Below are positions 48,561 through 58,739 of a stretch of 64,000 bases of DNA, piece after piece. The stretch's first letter is position 1. Each line of letters opens with the position of its first letter. Source of the stretch: a virus. The position numbers and the translations under genes are program-made. The notes beneath the pieces are model-generated. The model was not told the DNA's origin, ran no database searches, and saw only the letters and a list, made by a program, of their open reading frames with translations. The stretch is taken from the IMG/VR virus record IMGVR_UViG_3300027804_003127; one strand, 5' to 3'.

Positions 48561-51500
48561 TGGTTGGCGGATTAACAGCTAAAATAGCTGCACTTGCATC
48601 TAAAGCTCCACCTATTGTAATAGTAAGAAAACTATTTGCTTGGGGAAACAATTTTAGTGGAGCTTTAGGTCTTGGTGATACAATTAATAGATCATCTCCA
48701 GTTCAAGTTGGAGCTAACACTGACTGGTCAGTATTAGCTTCTGGCAATCGTTTTAGTTTAGCCATTACAACAACAGGCACTCTTTGGTCTTGGGGTAGAA
48801 ATAATTATGGTCAATTAGGTTCAGGAAATACTACATATAGATCTTCTCCTGTACAAGTAGGCGCTGGCACTGACTGGTCAAATGTATCTACTTTTTATAA
48901 TCATTCGCTAGCAATCAAGACAACAGGGACTCTTTGGGCTTGGGGGGCAAATGGTAGTGGACAGTTAGGTTTAGGCAATACTACAAGTAGATCTTCGCCT
49001 GTACAAGTAGGTACTGACACTAACTGGTCAAATTTCTCTGCTGATTATTCTCACACTTTGGCAATCAAGTCAACAGGCACTCTTTGGTCTTGGGGTAGAA
49101 ATCATTATGGTCAATTAGGTTCAGGAAATACTACAGATAGATCTTCACCTGTACAGGTAGGTACTGACACAAATTGGAGTTTAGTTTCTTGTGGCCAGCA
49201 TGCTTCATTTGCAGTTAAAACTGATGGTACTCTTTGGGCTTGGGGTAGAAACAGTTATGGTCAATTAGGTTTAGGTAATAGTACAAATAGGTCTTCTCCT
49301 GTACAAGTAGGCGCTGGCACTAACTGGTCAAAAATTTCTTCTGCGACTCGTCATGCTCTTGCAGTTAAAACTGATGGTACTCTTTGGGCTTGGGGTAGAA
49401 ATAATTATGGACAGTTAGGTTTAGGCAATGCTGCAAATAGATCTTCTCCTGTACAAGTAGGCACTGACACTAACTGGTCAAAAATTTTCGGATTACAAGA
49501 TACTTCTTTTGTCATTAAAACAACAGGTAGTCTTTGGGCTTGGGGGAGAAATAATTATGGTCAAATTGGAAACGGTTTTAGTATTGTTACTGCAGTCAGC
49601 TCTCCAGTTCAGATAGGGTCTGATACTAATTGGTCTTTTGCTGATGTTAGTTCTAGTGTTTTAGCAATAAAAAACACAGGTACTCTTTGGTCTTGGGGGC
49701 AAAATACTAGTGGACAGTTAGGTTTAGGCAATGCTGCAAATAGTTCTTCACCTGTACAGGTAGGTACTGACACTAACTGGTCAAAAGTTGATATAAGTAG
49801 ATATCATACTCTTTCCATAAAAACTAATGGCACATTATGGTCTTGGGGGCAAAATACATATGGTCAGTTAGGTTTAGGTAATACTACAAATAGATCTTCT
49901 CCAGTCCAAATAGGTACTGACACTAACTGGTCAAATGTATCTGCTGGTAGGCGTTTTTCTTTAGCAATAAAAACTACAGGATCTTTGTGGGCATGGGGCT
50001 TTAATGATAATGGCTATCTTGGTGTTAATGACATTACACGTAGATCTTCGCCTGTACAAGTAGGCACTGACACTAACTGGTCTGTTGTATCTTCAGGATA
50101 TAGACATTCATTAGCAGTTAAAACTAATGGAACTCTTTGGGCTTGGGGTAGAAATACTTACGGAAAATTGGGTATAGGATCTAGTGAACTTGTTTCAGTT
50201 TCATCTCCTATTCAAGTCGGATCCAGTACGGATTGGAGTAAAGTGTTTGCAGGAGGTGTAACGGGGACTAGTTTTGGAATCAAGACTACAGGTACATTAT
50301 GGGCATGGGGCTCTGGATCAAATGGAAAGCTTGGTCTTGGAAATACTTTAGATAGAGAAAGTCCTGTCCAAATTGGTTCTAGTTCCGATTGGGCTGATAT
50401 AAGTGCTGGTTATTCAACAATGGCGAGGAAGACTGGAGGTTCCATATGGGCTTGGGGAAGTAACAGCTTTGGAACTTTAGGAGTTGGAGACACTACATAT
50501 AGGTCTTCCCCAGTGCAAATAGGGGCATTAACAGATTGGGCTATGGTTGTTGGAGGTAGGTTACATTCAGCCGCTATAAAAACAACAGGTACTCTTTGGA
50601 CTTGGGGTGGTGCATATGATGGAGCTTTAGGCAACGGTTCTGCCACAGGTCAAAGGAATAGTCCTGTCCAGATAGGTGCGCTAAATAATTGGTCAAAAGT
50701 AGCTTGTGGATGGCAGCATTGTTTGGCAGTTAAAACTGATGGTACTCTTTGGGCTTGGGGTAGAAACAGTTATGGTCAATTAGGTTTAGGTAATACTACA
50801 AATAGATCTTCGCCTGTACAAGTAGGCACTGACACTAACTGGTCAAATGTTTTTTGTGCACGTGTAGGCTTTAGTTGTATGGCAATAAAAACTAATGGCA
50901 CATTGTGGTCTTGGGGGAATAATAGTAGAGGACAGTTAGGCTTAGGTAATACTGTAAATAGATCTTCGCCTGTACAAGTAGGCACTGACACTAACTGGTC
51001 AAAAGTTGCTATGGGCGGAAGAGACCCGATAACGGCTGGATATCATACCGTTGCTTTAAAAACTAATGGAACTCTTTGGGCTTGGGGTAGAGGCACTTAT
51101 GGTCAATTAGGTTTAGGTAATACTGCATATAGATCTTCTCCTGTACAAGTAGGTACTAGTACAAACTGGAGCGATGTCGCAGCTGGATGTCATAGTTTAT
51201 TTTTAAATACAAGTGGTAATCTATTTTCTACAGGAAGTAATTCTAATGGTCAGTTAGGGGTTAGTAAAAATAATGCAATTTCGCCTGTTCAGATAGGCTC
51301 TGATACAGACTGGTCAAAAGTTGCTGCGGGATTCAATCATTCATTAGCAATCAAGACAACAGGAACTCTTTGGGCTTGGGGTAGAAATAATAGTGGTCAG
51401 TTAGGTTCAGGTAATACTACATATAGATCTTCTCCAGTACAAGTAGGTACTGACACTAATTGGCAAAAAATAAATGCTAGTTATAATGTTAATACTTCGC

Positions 51501-51832
51501 TTGCAATCAAGACAACAGGATCTTTATTTTCTTGGGGAGTAAATACTAGTGGACAGTTAGGTTTAGGCAATACTACAAGTAGATCTTCGCCTGTACAAGT
51601 AGGCGCTGACACTAACTGGAATTATGCATTTGCTGGCACTAATAATCAAATTGCTTTAAAAACTTCTGGATCTATGTGGGGATGTGGGTCTAATTTATAT
51701 GGAGTTGCATTAGGTTTTTTAAATAACAATTTGTCTTCACCAGTACAGATAGGATCTGATACTAATTGGAGTTCAATTGCTACTCAAGGTATATCTAGCT
51801 TTACTCTTGGAATAACCGAAAACATATCATAG
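48560..51832 (+). CDS. RCC1/BLIP-II repeat protein, 21 repeats (putative receptor-binding protein)
   Basis: 21 copies of SPVQ.G..T.W....G..HSLA.KT.GTLW.WG.N..GQLG.G; start revised to the TAATG overlap. Confidence 0.92.
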   Translation: MVGGLTAKIAALASKAPPIVIVRKLFAWGNNFSGALGLGDTINRSSPVQVGANTDWSVLASGNRFSLAITTTGTLWSWGRNNYGQLGSGNTTYRSSPVQVGAGTDWSNVSTFYNHSLAIKTTGTLWAWGANGSGQLGLGNTTSRSSPVQVGTDTNWSNFSADYSHTLAIKSTGTLWSWGRNHYGQLGSGNTTDRSSPVQVGTDTNWSLVSCGQHASFAVKTDGTLWAWGRNSYGQLGLGNSTNRSSPVQVGAGTNWSKISSATRHALAVKTDGTLWAWGRNNYGQLGLGNAANRSSPVQVGTDTNWSKIFGLQDTSFVIKTTGSLWAWGRNNYGQIGNGFSIVTAVSSPVQIGSDTNWSFADVSSSVLAIKNTGTLWSWGQNTSGQLGLGNAANSSSPVQVGTDTNWSKVDISRYHTLSIKTNGTLWSWGQNTYGQLGLGNTTNRSSPVQIGTDTNWSNVSAGRRFSLAIKTTGSLWAWGFNDNGYLGVNDITRRSSPVQVGTDTNWSVVSSGYRHSLAVKTNGTLWAWGRNTYGKLGIGSSELVSVSSPIQVGSSTDWSKVFAGGVTGTSFGIKTTGTLWAWGSGSNGKLGLGNTLDRESPVQIGSSSDWADISAGYSTMARKTGGSIWAWGSNSFGTLGVGDTTYRSSPVQIGALTDWAMVVGGRLHSAAIKTTGTLWTWGGAYDGALGNGSATGQRNSPVQIGALNNWSKVACGWQHCLAVKTDGTLWAWGRNSYGQLGLGNTTNRSSPVQVGTDTNWSNVFCARVGFSCMAIKTNGTLWSWGNNSRGQLGLGNTVNRSSPVQVGTDTNWSKVAMGGRDPITAGYHTVALKTNGTLWAWGRGTYGQLGLGNTAYRSSPVQVGTSTNWSDVAAGCHSLFLNTSGNLFSTGSNSNGQLGVSKNNAISPVQIGSDTDWSKVAAGFNHSLAIKTTGTLWAWGRNNSGQLGSGNTTYRSSPVQVGTDTNWQKINASYNVNTSLAIKTTGSLFSWGVNTSGQLGLGNTTSRSSPVQVGADTNWNYAFAGTNNQIALKTSGSMWGCGSNLYGVALGFLNNNLSSPVQIGSDTNWSSIATQGISSFTLGITENIS

Positions 51833-51868
51833 GCAAATTTTCTTAGCCTATATCAAGGGAATAAATCT

Positions 51869-53653
51869 ATGATATACTTTTTAAGTGGATTACCGCGTAG
51901 TGGCTCTACTGTTTTATCAGCAATACTTAATCAAAATCCAAAAATATATTCAACAGCAACTAGTGGTTTAATCGAGTTATTAGGAGCCGTATGTTTGACG
52001 TGGGAAAATTCTCCAACAACAAAGGCTAGCGGCGAAGATGAAGCAGAAGCATATCGAATGCTTAAATCTGTGATAGCAAGTAAATATGAAAATATAAAAA
52101 AACCAATTATAATAGATAAAAATAGAGGTTGGGTTAATCCTCAAATTATAGAAACTATGACGAATGTTCTTGGATTTAGTCCAAAAATTATAGCCACTGT
52201 AAGATCAACATCTGACTGCGCAGCTTCTTTTATTCGAGTCGCTAAGCCAGAAAATGTTTCAGATTTTCTTAGAAATTCATCTTTAATTCAACACCTTAAA
52301 TCTTCATATGCTGAATTAAAACAAGGCTATCATTCGTGTCCAGAAAATATACTATTTATAGATTATGACGATTTACTTAAAAATCCGCAAGAACAACTAG
52401 ATAAAATTCATAATTTTCTGGGCATAGAGCCATTTATTTATGACTTTAATAATATAGACACTGAGATTGTTTCAGAACAAGATGAATTAGCTTGGGGGGT
52501 TTCTGGTCTTCACAAAATTTCACCTCAATTAAAAAAACAGCATAATGAAAATTCAAAAGATATACTTGCGCAGCATTTTGATAGCTATGATCAGCCAAAA
52601 TTTTGGAAAGGAGAAGAAAGAGTAGATAAGAAGAAAAAAATTGATATATCAGTTGAACTTTCTATGAGGGGCAATTTTGAAGAATCTTACAAGGTTTTAT
52701 GTGAAGCTCAAAATGAAAATCCACTATGTAATAAAATAGCATTTAATATGGGTTGGTATGCATTAAGACATAATAAGTTGCAAGAAGGAATGGAAAATCT
52801 TGCAAAGGGTAGATTTGAGAATTGTTTTGGAAATAAAAAACCAAATGTGCCTACTCCCATATGGGATGGTAAAAAAATAGGCACAGTGTTATATTATCTT
52901 GAGGGAGGTCTTGGTGATCAAATACATGCCTTAAAATATATTAAAGATATTAATAAAAGAGGATGTGATGTAATAGTGGCGTGTTCAGCAGAATTATTTC
53001 CCATAGTAAGGTGTTGTGTAGGAGTAAAAATGATTATTGAACACGCAGCCGCAGGTGGTGTGTATCATGACTTTTGGTGTCCAGCAATGTCAGTATTAAT
53101 ACCTCTTGGATATGAGTATAAAGACATAGATGGAACTCCGTATATTTCAAAAACAAATAGTCCAAAAAATAAAATTCCAGTTATTGGGGTGCGTTGGCAG
53201 GGTAATCCTAAATTTGAGCATGAACAAAATAGAAAGTTTCCATTAGATCCTTTTTTTGATTCTCTTAAAAACGTAGAAGCAAATTTTGTATGTCTTCAAA
53301 GAGATGAAGGCGAGGAGCACTGTCCAGAATTTATTAAAAAGGTACCATTAAATACATGGGGACAAACTAGAGATGTTATGTCTAGTTGTGATCTCGTTAT
53401 TTCTTCATGTACAAGTGTTGCGCATCTTTCTGGGGCAATGGGGGTAGAAACGTGGATAATAGTCCCAGTATTAAATTACTATATATGGTCTTTTCCAGGA
53501 GATAAAAGTCCATATTACGATTCCGTAAGATTATTTAGGCAAAAAACTTTTGGATGTTGGGACAATCCGATCATGGAATTAAAAAAGTCATTAGAAACAA
53601 AATTTGGTATTAAAAATAAAGGGAATAAGCTATGCAAAAATATGTTAGAATAG
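51869..53653 (+). CDS. Sulfotransferase + TPR + GT9-like glycosyltransferase fusion
   Basis: SGLPRSGST, IIDKNRGW; EGGLGDQI, IGVRWQGNP, DLVISSCTSVAHLSGAMG, SPYY.SVRLFRQ. Confidence 0.85.
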   Translation: MIYFLSGLPRSGSTVLSAILNQNPKIYSTATSGLIELLGAVCLTWENSPTTKASGEDEAEAYRMLKSVIASKYENIKKPIIIDKNRGWVNPQIIETMTNVLGFSPKIIATVRSTSDCAASFIRVAKPENVSDFLRNSSLIQHLKSSYAELKQGYHSCPENILFIDYDDLLKNPQEQLDKIHNFLGIEPFIYDFNNIDTEIVSEQDELAWGVSGLHKISPQLKKQHNENSKDILAQHFDSYDQPKFWKGEERVDKKKKIDISVELSMRGNFEESYKVLCEAQNENPLCNKIAFNMGWYALRHNKLQEGMENLAKGRFENCFGNKKPNVPTPIWDGKKIGTVLYYLEGGLGDQIHALKYIKDINKRGCDVIVACSAELFPIVRCCVGVKMIIEHAAAGGVYHDFWCPAMSVLIPLGYEYKDIDGTPYISKTNSPKNKIPVIGVRWQGNPKFEHEQNRKFPLDPFFDSLKNVEANFVCLQRDEGEEHCPEFIKKVPLNTWGQTRDVMSSCDLVISSCTSVAHLSGAMGVETWIIVPVLNYYIWSFPGDKSPYYDSVRLFRQKTFGCWDNPIMELKKSLETKFGIKNKGNKLCKNMLE

Positions 53654-54039
53654 AAAATAATGAGGTAAAAGAATGTGTAGATAGTCTTCCAGAAAATGCA
53701 GTTGGTGATTGGAGAATTGCTATAGAGATAGATGCAGAAATAATTCAAAATAGACAAATTAGAAGTGGACACTACTTTGATATTAATAAAAGTCCAGTTG
53801 AGATAGTCTGGACTGCCATTGATCTAACAATAGAAGATAGAAAAGAATATATTCTTCAACAGTTAAATCAAAAGTTTTATAAAATTGTTAGCGAAGAATT
53901 ATTAAAAGAATTTAGTGGTCAAGATTCTAATTTTTTACTTGTTCAATCATCAATACAGACGTATAGGGAAAAACGTATAGAAATAAATTCACTAACTACA
54001 CATGAAGAAATAGATGTATTTATGTCAGAAAACGTTTAA
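53632..54039 (+). CDS. Hypothetical protein (possible fibre assembly protein)
   Basis: Context next to the RCC1 gene; C-terminal I..LTTHEEID helix. Confidence 0.55.
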   Translation: MQKYVRIENNEVKECVDSLPENAVGDWRIAIEIDAEIIQNRQIRSGHYFDINKSPVEIVWTAIDLTIEDRKEYILQQLNQKFYKIVSEELLKEFSGQDSNFLLVQSSIQTYREKRIEINSLTTHEEIDVFMSENV

Positions 54040-54040
54040 T

Positions 54041-55420
54041 ATGAGAATAGTATTTTCAATTATACATAATGGCTTGCACCATTTATTACATAATAATCAA
54101 TATGCAGCAATCATTTCTAACTGTGATTTTTGGATAGTGGTTGAAGGAGCTTCTCTTTCAAATAATAGCACAAAATGGTGTAAAGAATTTCCTTTAGAAT
54201 TTCATAGTAACGGAAAAAGCATAGATGGGACTACCTGCTTTTTTGAAAATTTATGCTTAAGTAGTAATAAGATTATCTATATTCCATCTAATGGTTTTTG
54301 GCATTCAAAAGATCACCAAGTCAATAGAGCTATAGAAGAAGTAAAGAAGATAACTAACAAATGTTTTCTATGGGAAATAGACATAGATGAGCAGTGGACT
54401 TCTGACCAGATGGACAAGGCTGAAGAAGAGTTAGTTGCTTCTAAAGCCAAGTCTGCATGCTTCAGGGCTGAATGCTTTATTGGAAAGAATCTCAGGGCAA
54501 TTGGTGACTGGGGTGAGGCATTCACTAGTGGCTACACCAGGCTTTGGAATTGGGAGGGCGAGTATTTTTTATGCCATGAACCTCCAGTTCTGGAGGGAGA
54601 GTTAGGAAAAGATCCAGTGATGCTTTCTCCCGTGTTTAAACATTATAACTATTATTTTGACAAAGATGTAATGTTTAAGGACAAGTGGTATGGTGGACAT
54701 GATCAAATATATGAAAGATGGAAGCTTATTAATTCACTTGATAAGAGATTTTTTCCAATGCATATATCCAATTTGATAACTGGTCCTTGGGGAAATTCAA
54801 ATAGTTCAATAATATATGTTGAGCCTAATGGAAAGAAGAAGTTGATTCAGATTGGCGCAAATCGTGGTTACGACCATGTATTTGAAATAACAAAACATAA
54901 TAAACATAAATGCATATTGGTTGAACCTAATAAATACTTAATTGATAATTTAAAAGATTGCTATAAAAACTGTGATAATACTACTATAGAAAATTGCGCA
55001 ATATCTACATTTGATGGAAGTATTGATATGTATTTTAATGATATGGAGGATGGATATTCTTCTCATAGTTCTCTTTCTTTAAGTCATGTGTTAGATCATA
55101 ATAATAAAAAAGAGAATATAATAAAGAGTAATGTTCCATGTATGAAATTAGAAAGCCTTATACAAAAGCATGGTTGGACTAATGACGAAATAGAATGGTT
55201 GTTTGTAGATGCAGAAGGTCATGACTGCGATATCATCCTATCAACAGATTTCAGTAAACTTGATATTAAAAATGTTTTTTTTGAAACAGTTCATTCGGAT
55301 GGTCCATTTAAACAAGGTGAAAAACTACAGAAAACAATAGATTGGCTTATGTCTTTTGGATATTTGATAAATGCAAAAAAGACAACAGATGAATCCAATT
55401 TAGCACTATCAAAGATATGA
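54041..55420 (+). CDS. Glycosyltransferase-like domain + FkbM-family methyltransferase
   Basis: WIVVEG, SIDGT, EIDIDEQW; IQIGANRG, ILVEPN, VDAEGHD. Confidence 0.8.
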   Translation: MRIVFSIIHNGLHHLLHNNQYAAIISNCDFWIVVEGASLSNNSTKWCKEFPLEFHSNGKSIDGTTCFFENLCLSSNKIIYIPSNGFWHSKDHQVNRAIEEVKKITNKCFLWEIDIDEQWTSDQMDKAEEELVASKAKSACFRAECFIGKNLRAIGDWGEAFTSGYTRLWNWEGEYFLCHEPPVLEGELGKDPVMLSPVFKHYNYYFDKDVMFKDKWYGGHDQIYERWKLINSLDKRFFPMHISNLITGPWGNSNSSIIYVEPNGKKKLIQIGANRGYDHVFEITKHNKHKCILVEPNKYLIDNLKDCYKNCDNTTIENCAISTFDGSIDMYFNDMEDGYSSHSSLSLSHVLDHNNKKENIIKSNVPCMKLESLIQKHGWTNDEIEWLFVDAEGHDCDIILSTDFSKLDIKNVFFETVHSDGPFKQGEKLQKTIDWLMSFGYLINAKKTTDESNLALSKI

Positions 55421-56154
55421 AAGATATACTTGTAATTGGAGATTCTTGTCTCGATATATTTGTTTATTGCGACGCAAACAGGCTTTGCCCTGATGTCCCA
55501 GTACCTGTTTTGAATTATTGCTATCAGACTGAAAACCCAGGCATGGCAAAAAATGTTCAAAGAAACATTGAATCTTTAGGTATATCGTGTGATATAATTA
55601 CTAATTCAAATTGGCATGAAATGAAGAAGGTAAGATATGTCCATAAGGACAGTAATCATTATTTTTTTAGACTGGATTCTGAGCCTTCGATAGAAAAAAT
55701 TCATATTAACAATATTAACTTAGATTATAAGATGATAGTTATATCTGATTACAATAAGGGCTTTATTTCTGAGGAAGACATTGAGAGTATATGTTTAAAT
55801 CATAGTTGTGTTTTCATAGACACTAAAAAAGTCATAGGTAGTTGGATAGACGGTGCAAAAATTATAAAGATAAACAACAAAGAATACAATGCATCTAAAA
55901 ATTATATTGATAAAAAATTACGTGATAAAGTTGTTAGAACTATGGGTTCATTAGGTGCAGAGTATAAAAGTACAATTTATCCAGTTACAAAGTCTGAGGT
56001 AAGAGATGTTTCTGGAGCAGGTGATTCATTTATGGCTGGACTATGCTTTAAATTTTTAAAAACAGAAGACATAATTGATTCTATAAAATTTGCCAATCAA
56101 TGTGCTTCTGAGGTTGTTAAGTTTAGGGGAGTGACGACAATAAAAGAACTATGA
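55417..56154 (+). CDS. PfkB-family heptose-7-phosphate kinase (RfaE domain I / HldA-like)
   Basis: ILVIGD..LD, RLCPDVPVPV, ISDYNKG, DVSGAGDSF. Confidence 0.88.
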   Translation: MKDILVIGDSCLDIFVYCDANRLCPDVPVPVLNYCYQTENPGMAKNVQRNIESLGISCDIITNSNWHEMKKVRYVHKDSNHYFFRLDSEPSIEKIHINNINLDYKMIVISDYNKGFISEEDIESICLNHSCVFIDTKKVIGSWIDGAKIIKINNKEYNASKNYIDKKLRDKVVRTMGSLGAEYKSTIYPVTKSEVRDVSGAGDSFMAGLCFKFLKTEDIIDSIKFANQCASEVVKFRGVTTIKEL

Positions 56155-56555
56155 CTAAGGTAGTTTTTACTAACGGTGTTTTTGATATCATTCATAGAGG
56201 TCATATAGAGTTATTAAAATATGCAAAATCATTAGGCGATTATCTTTATGTTGGGATTGATTCTGATAAAAGAGTAAAATCTAATAAGGGAGAATCTAGG
56301 CCTATCATTAATCAGGAAGATAGAGTTGAAATAGTATCTTCTATTAAGTATGTTGATGGTGTGTATATATTCAATAATCTAGATGAGCTTGCTGAATTGC
56401 ACGCTAAAATATCTCCAGATATTTTGGTTAAGGGTTCAGATTGGTACGAAAAACAGATAAGAATAAGTGATGGAGTTTTGCCTAAAACAAAAATAGTAAT
56501 ATTTAATAGATTGGGTAATTATTCAACAACAAATATAATAAAAAAAATAAAATGA
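56151..56555 (+). CDS. Heptose-1-phosphate adenylyltransferase (RfaE domain II / HldC-like)
   Basis: VFTNGVFDIIHRGH, KG.SRPI, PDILVKGSD, YSTT.II. Confidence 0.9.
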   Translation: MTKVVFTNGVFDIIHRGHIELLKYAKSLGDYLYVGIDSDKRVKSNKGESRPIINQEDRVEIVSSIKYVDGVYIFNNLDELAELHAKISPDILVKGSDWYEKQIRISDGVLPKTKIVIFNRLGNYSTTNIIKKIK

Positions 56556-57454
56556 TAGCAGTAACTGGAGCAAGTGGTTTTATTGGAAGTGTATTATTGA
56601 AAACCCTAAATGAAAAAGGGATAGAAGATATCGCTTTAATAGATGATTTTGAAATAAACAAAAAACTTGGTTATGCTTCAAGGGCAAACTATACTTATTT
56701 ACAGAACAAAAAATTCAAAGAAATAATACCGATTAATTTTGATTATTCAATCTTATTTGAAAATAATAAAATTGATTTTATATTTCATTTGGGAGCTATT
56801 TCTAATACTTTAGAAAAATGTTCAGATAGAATTTATAAATATAACACATTTTATACAGAATTGGTTGCAAGATACGCTAGGGAGAATAATGTTCCAGTTA
56901 TTTTTGCTTCTTCTGCTTCGGTATATGGCAATGGAGACGGTCCATTAAACGACTATGCAAGATCCAAGCTAGAGTGCGAAAGGTCGCTGGAAGGCTTGGC
57001 GTGTTGTTTTAGGATATTTAATGCTTATGGTCCAAACGAATATCATAAGGAAGAAATGTCTTCTGTTATACTAAAGTGGTTTAGGCAAAATCTTAAAGAG
57101 GGTTCAATAAAGCTTTTTGAAAGATCTGATCTATATATTAGAGATTTTATTTATGTGCAAGATATTTGCGATGCAATGTATAATTGTTTTAAAAATTATA
57201 AAACTGGAATTTTTGATTTAGGTTCTGGGTGTTCTGTAAGTTTTGATTATTTGGCCGATTGTTTTTTAAATAAAATATCATCAAAAAAAGAAATTATAAA
57301 AATGTCTAATCAATTATCAAAACAATATCAACCATACACAAAGTCTGATATAAGTGGGGTAACTAAAAACGGATGGATAATCAATTCAATAAGTATTGAA
57401 AATGGGATTGATTTGTATCTAAAATATTTAATAAACAATGAGCAGGTAATTTGA
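56552..57454 (+). CDS. hldD: ADP-L-glycero-D-manno-heptose 6-epimerase
   Basis: VTGASGFIGS, FHLGAIS.T, FASSASVYG, PLNDYARSK, RIFNAYGPNEYHK..M.S, RDFIYV.D. Confidence 0.85.
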   Translation: MIAVTGASGFIGSVLLKTLNEKGIEDIALIDDFEINKKLGYASRANYTYLQNKKFKEIIPINFDYSILFENNKIDFIFHLGAISNTLEKCSDRIYKYNTFYTELVARYARENNVPVIFASSASVYGNGDGPLNDYARSKLECERSLEGLACCFRIFNAYGPNEYHKEEMSSVILKWFRQNLKEGSIKLFERSDLYIRDFIYVQDICDAMYNCFKNYKTGIFDLGSGCSVSFDYLADCFLNKISSKKEIIKMSNQLSKQYQPYTKSDISGVTKNGWIINSISIENGIDLYLKYLINNEQVI

Positions 57455-57822
57455 TGAATATTGATAATTTGCAAAGCGAAGAGGTAGAAAAGAAATGGGG
57501 CAAGGAGATAATAATAGTAAACAATGATAAATATTGTGGTAAAATATTATGTCTTAAAAAAGACAAAAAGTTTAGTATGCATTATCATATGATAAAAGAT
57601 GAAACTTGGTATGTAATTTCTGGTGAACTAATTTTAAAATGGATAGATACTAGCAGTGCAATTCAAAACGAGAAAAAAATAAAAAAAGGCGATATCATAA
57701 GAATAATGCCAGGATTACCTCATCAGTTAATGGCCTGTGTTGACTCTGAAATTTTTGAAATTTCTACTACTCATTACGATAATGATAGTTACAGGGTATT
57801 CAAAGGAGACAGTCAATTATGA
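57451..57822 (+). CDS. Cupin (mannose-6-P isomerase type II-like)
   Basis: VEKKWG.E, YCGKIL, SMHYH..KDETWY, PHQ, EIST.H...DSYR. Confidence 0.8.
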   Translation: MMNIDNLQSEEVEKKWGKEIIIVNNDKYCGKILCLKKDKKFSMHYHMIKDETWYVISGELILKWIDTSSAIQNEKKIKKGDIIRIMPGLPHQLMACVDSEIFEISTTHYDNDSYRVFKGDSQL

Positions 57823-58739
57823 AATATGTTTTCGATATAGATAATACAATATTATCTACAAAAGGAAACGACTATCAAAATAGTGTTCCAATACAGCACA
57901 GAATAAACTACGTCAATAAGTTATATAATGAGGATAATTATATAGTTTTATACACTGGAAGAGGTACAAGAAGTGGAGTAAACTACGAAGATCTTACCAG
58001 GATGCAGATGGAAAAATACGGTGTAAAATATCATGAATTAATTATGGGTAAAATGGATTATGATTATTTTGTTGACGATAAGGCTGTATCTTTAAAAGAG
58101 TTAGATAGTATAATAAGTTTAAATAAGAGCTCTTCAAATTATAAGTCAAGTTTTGATTCAGGATACAACTTTGATGATTATAAAAGATTTCAATCACTAA
58201 AATCAATTAAATATAAGTCAGTGCTTGACATTGGTTCTGGTCCGTGCATGCTTTTAAGATGGTTAAAGAATAATCAAATAAAAGCCTCATATGAGGCTAT
58301 GGATATTAGAGAAGATGCTTTATCTGAATGTGATTGCCAAACACATAATAACATTGATATGACTAAAAAATACGATTTAGTATGTTTGTTCGGTGTTTCT
58401 GATTATTTTAAAACTAATGAAGATGAAAAAAAGGAAGAGTTTTTAAATTTGCTTACTAATGCAGTTAAAAAATCTAAAAAGTATGTGATATACAGTCTAA
58501 TGAGAAAAGACAATATTCTTAATAAACTTGTTAAATATAGTCTAGATGAAGCTAAGAGTGTTGCTGCAAAAGCTGGACTAGAAATAACTGAGATAGATTT
58601 AGACTCCGAACCAACTGAATATATTATCACATGTACAATCAATAAGGAAAAAAATGTCAAAAAAACAAAAAAAACAGATAGTAAACCAAGGTCTTCAAAA
58701 GGCAAAAAAAAGAGTAATGATAGCCACTCCGTCATATGA
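57819..58739 (+). CDS. HAD-family capsule-biosynthesis phosphatase + class I SAM methyltransferase
   Basis: FDIDNTI, YTGRG, L.MGK..Y..FVDDKA; SVLDIGSG. Confidence 0.8.
   Translation: MKYVFDIDNTILSTKGNDYQNSVPIQHRINYVNKLYNEDNYIVLYTGRGTRSGVNYEDLTRMQMEKYGVKYHELIMGKMDYDYFVDDKAVSLKELDSIISLNKSSSNYKSSFDSGYNFDDYKRFQSLKSIKYKSVLDIGSGPCMLLRWLKNNQIKASYEAMDIREDALSECDCQTHNNIDMTKKYDLVCLFGVSDYFKTNEDEKKEEFLNLLTNAVKKSKKYVIYSLMRKDNILNKLVKYSLDEAKSVAAKAGLEITEIDLDSEPTEYIITCTINKEKNVKKTKKTDSKPRSSKGKKKSNDSHSVI

Noticed and set aside
48560-51832. RCC1 DNA repeats as a CRISPR array or DGR template/variable repeats
   Set aside because: They are in-frame coding repeats of about 150 nt; differences are not adenine-specific; no reverse transcriptase or cas gene is in the window.
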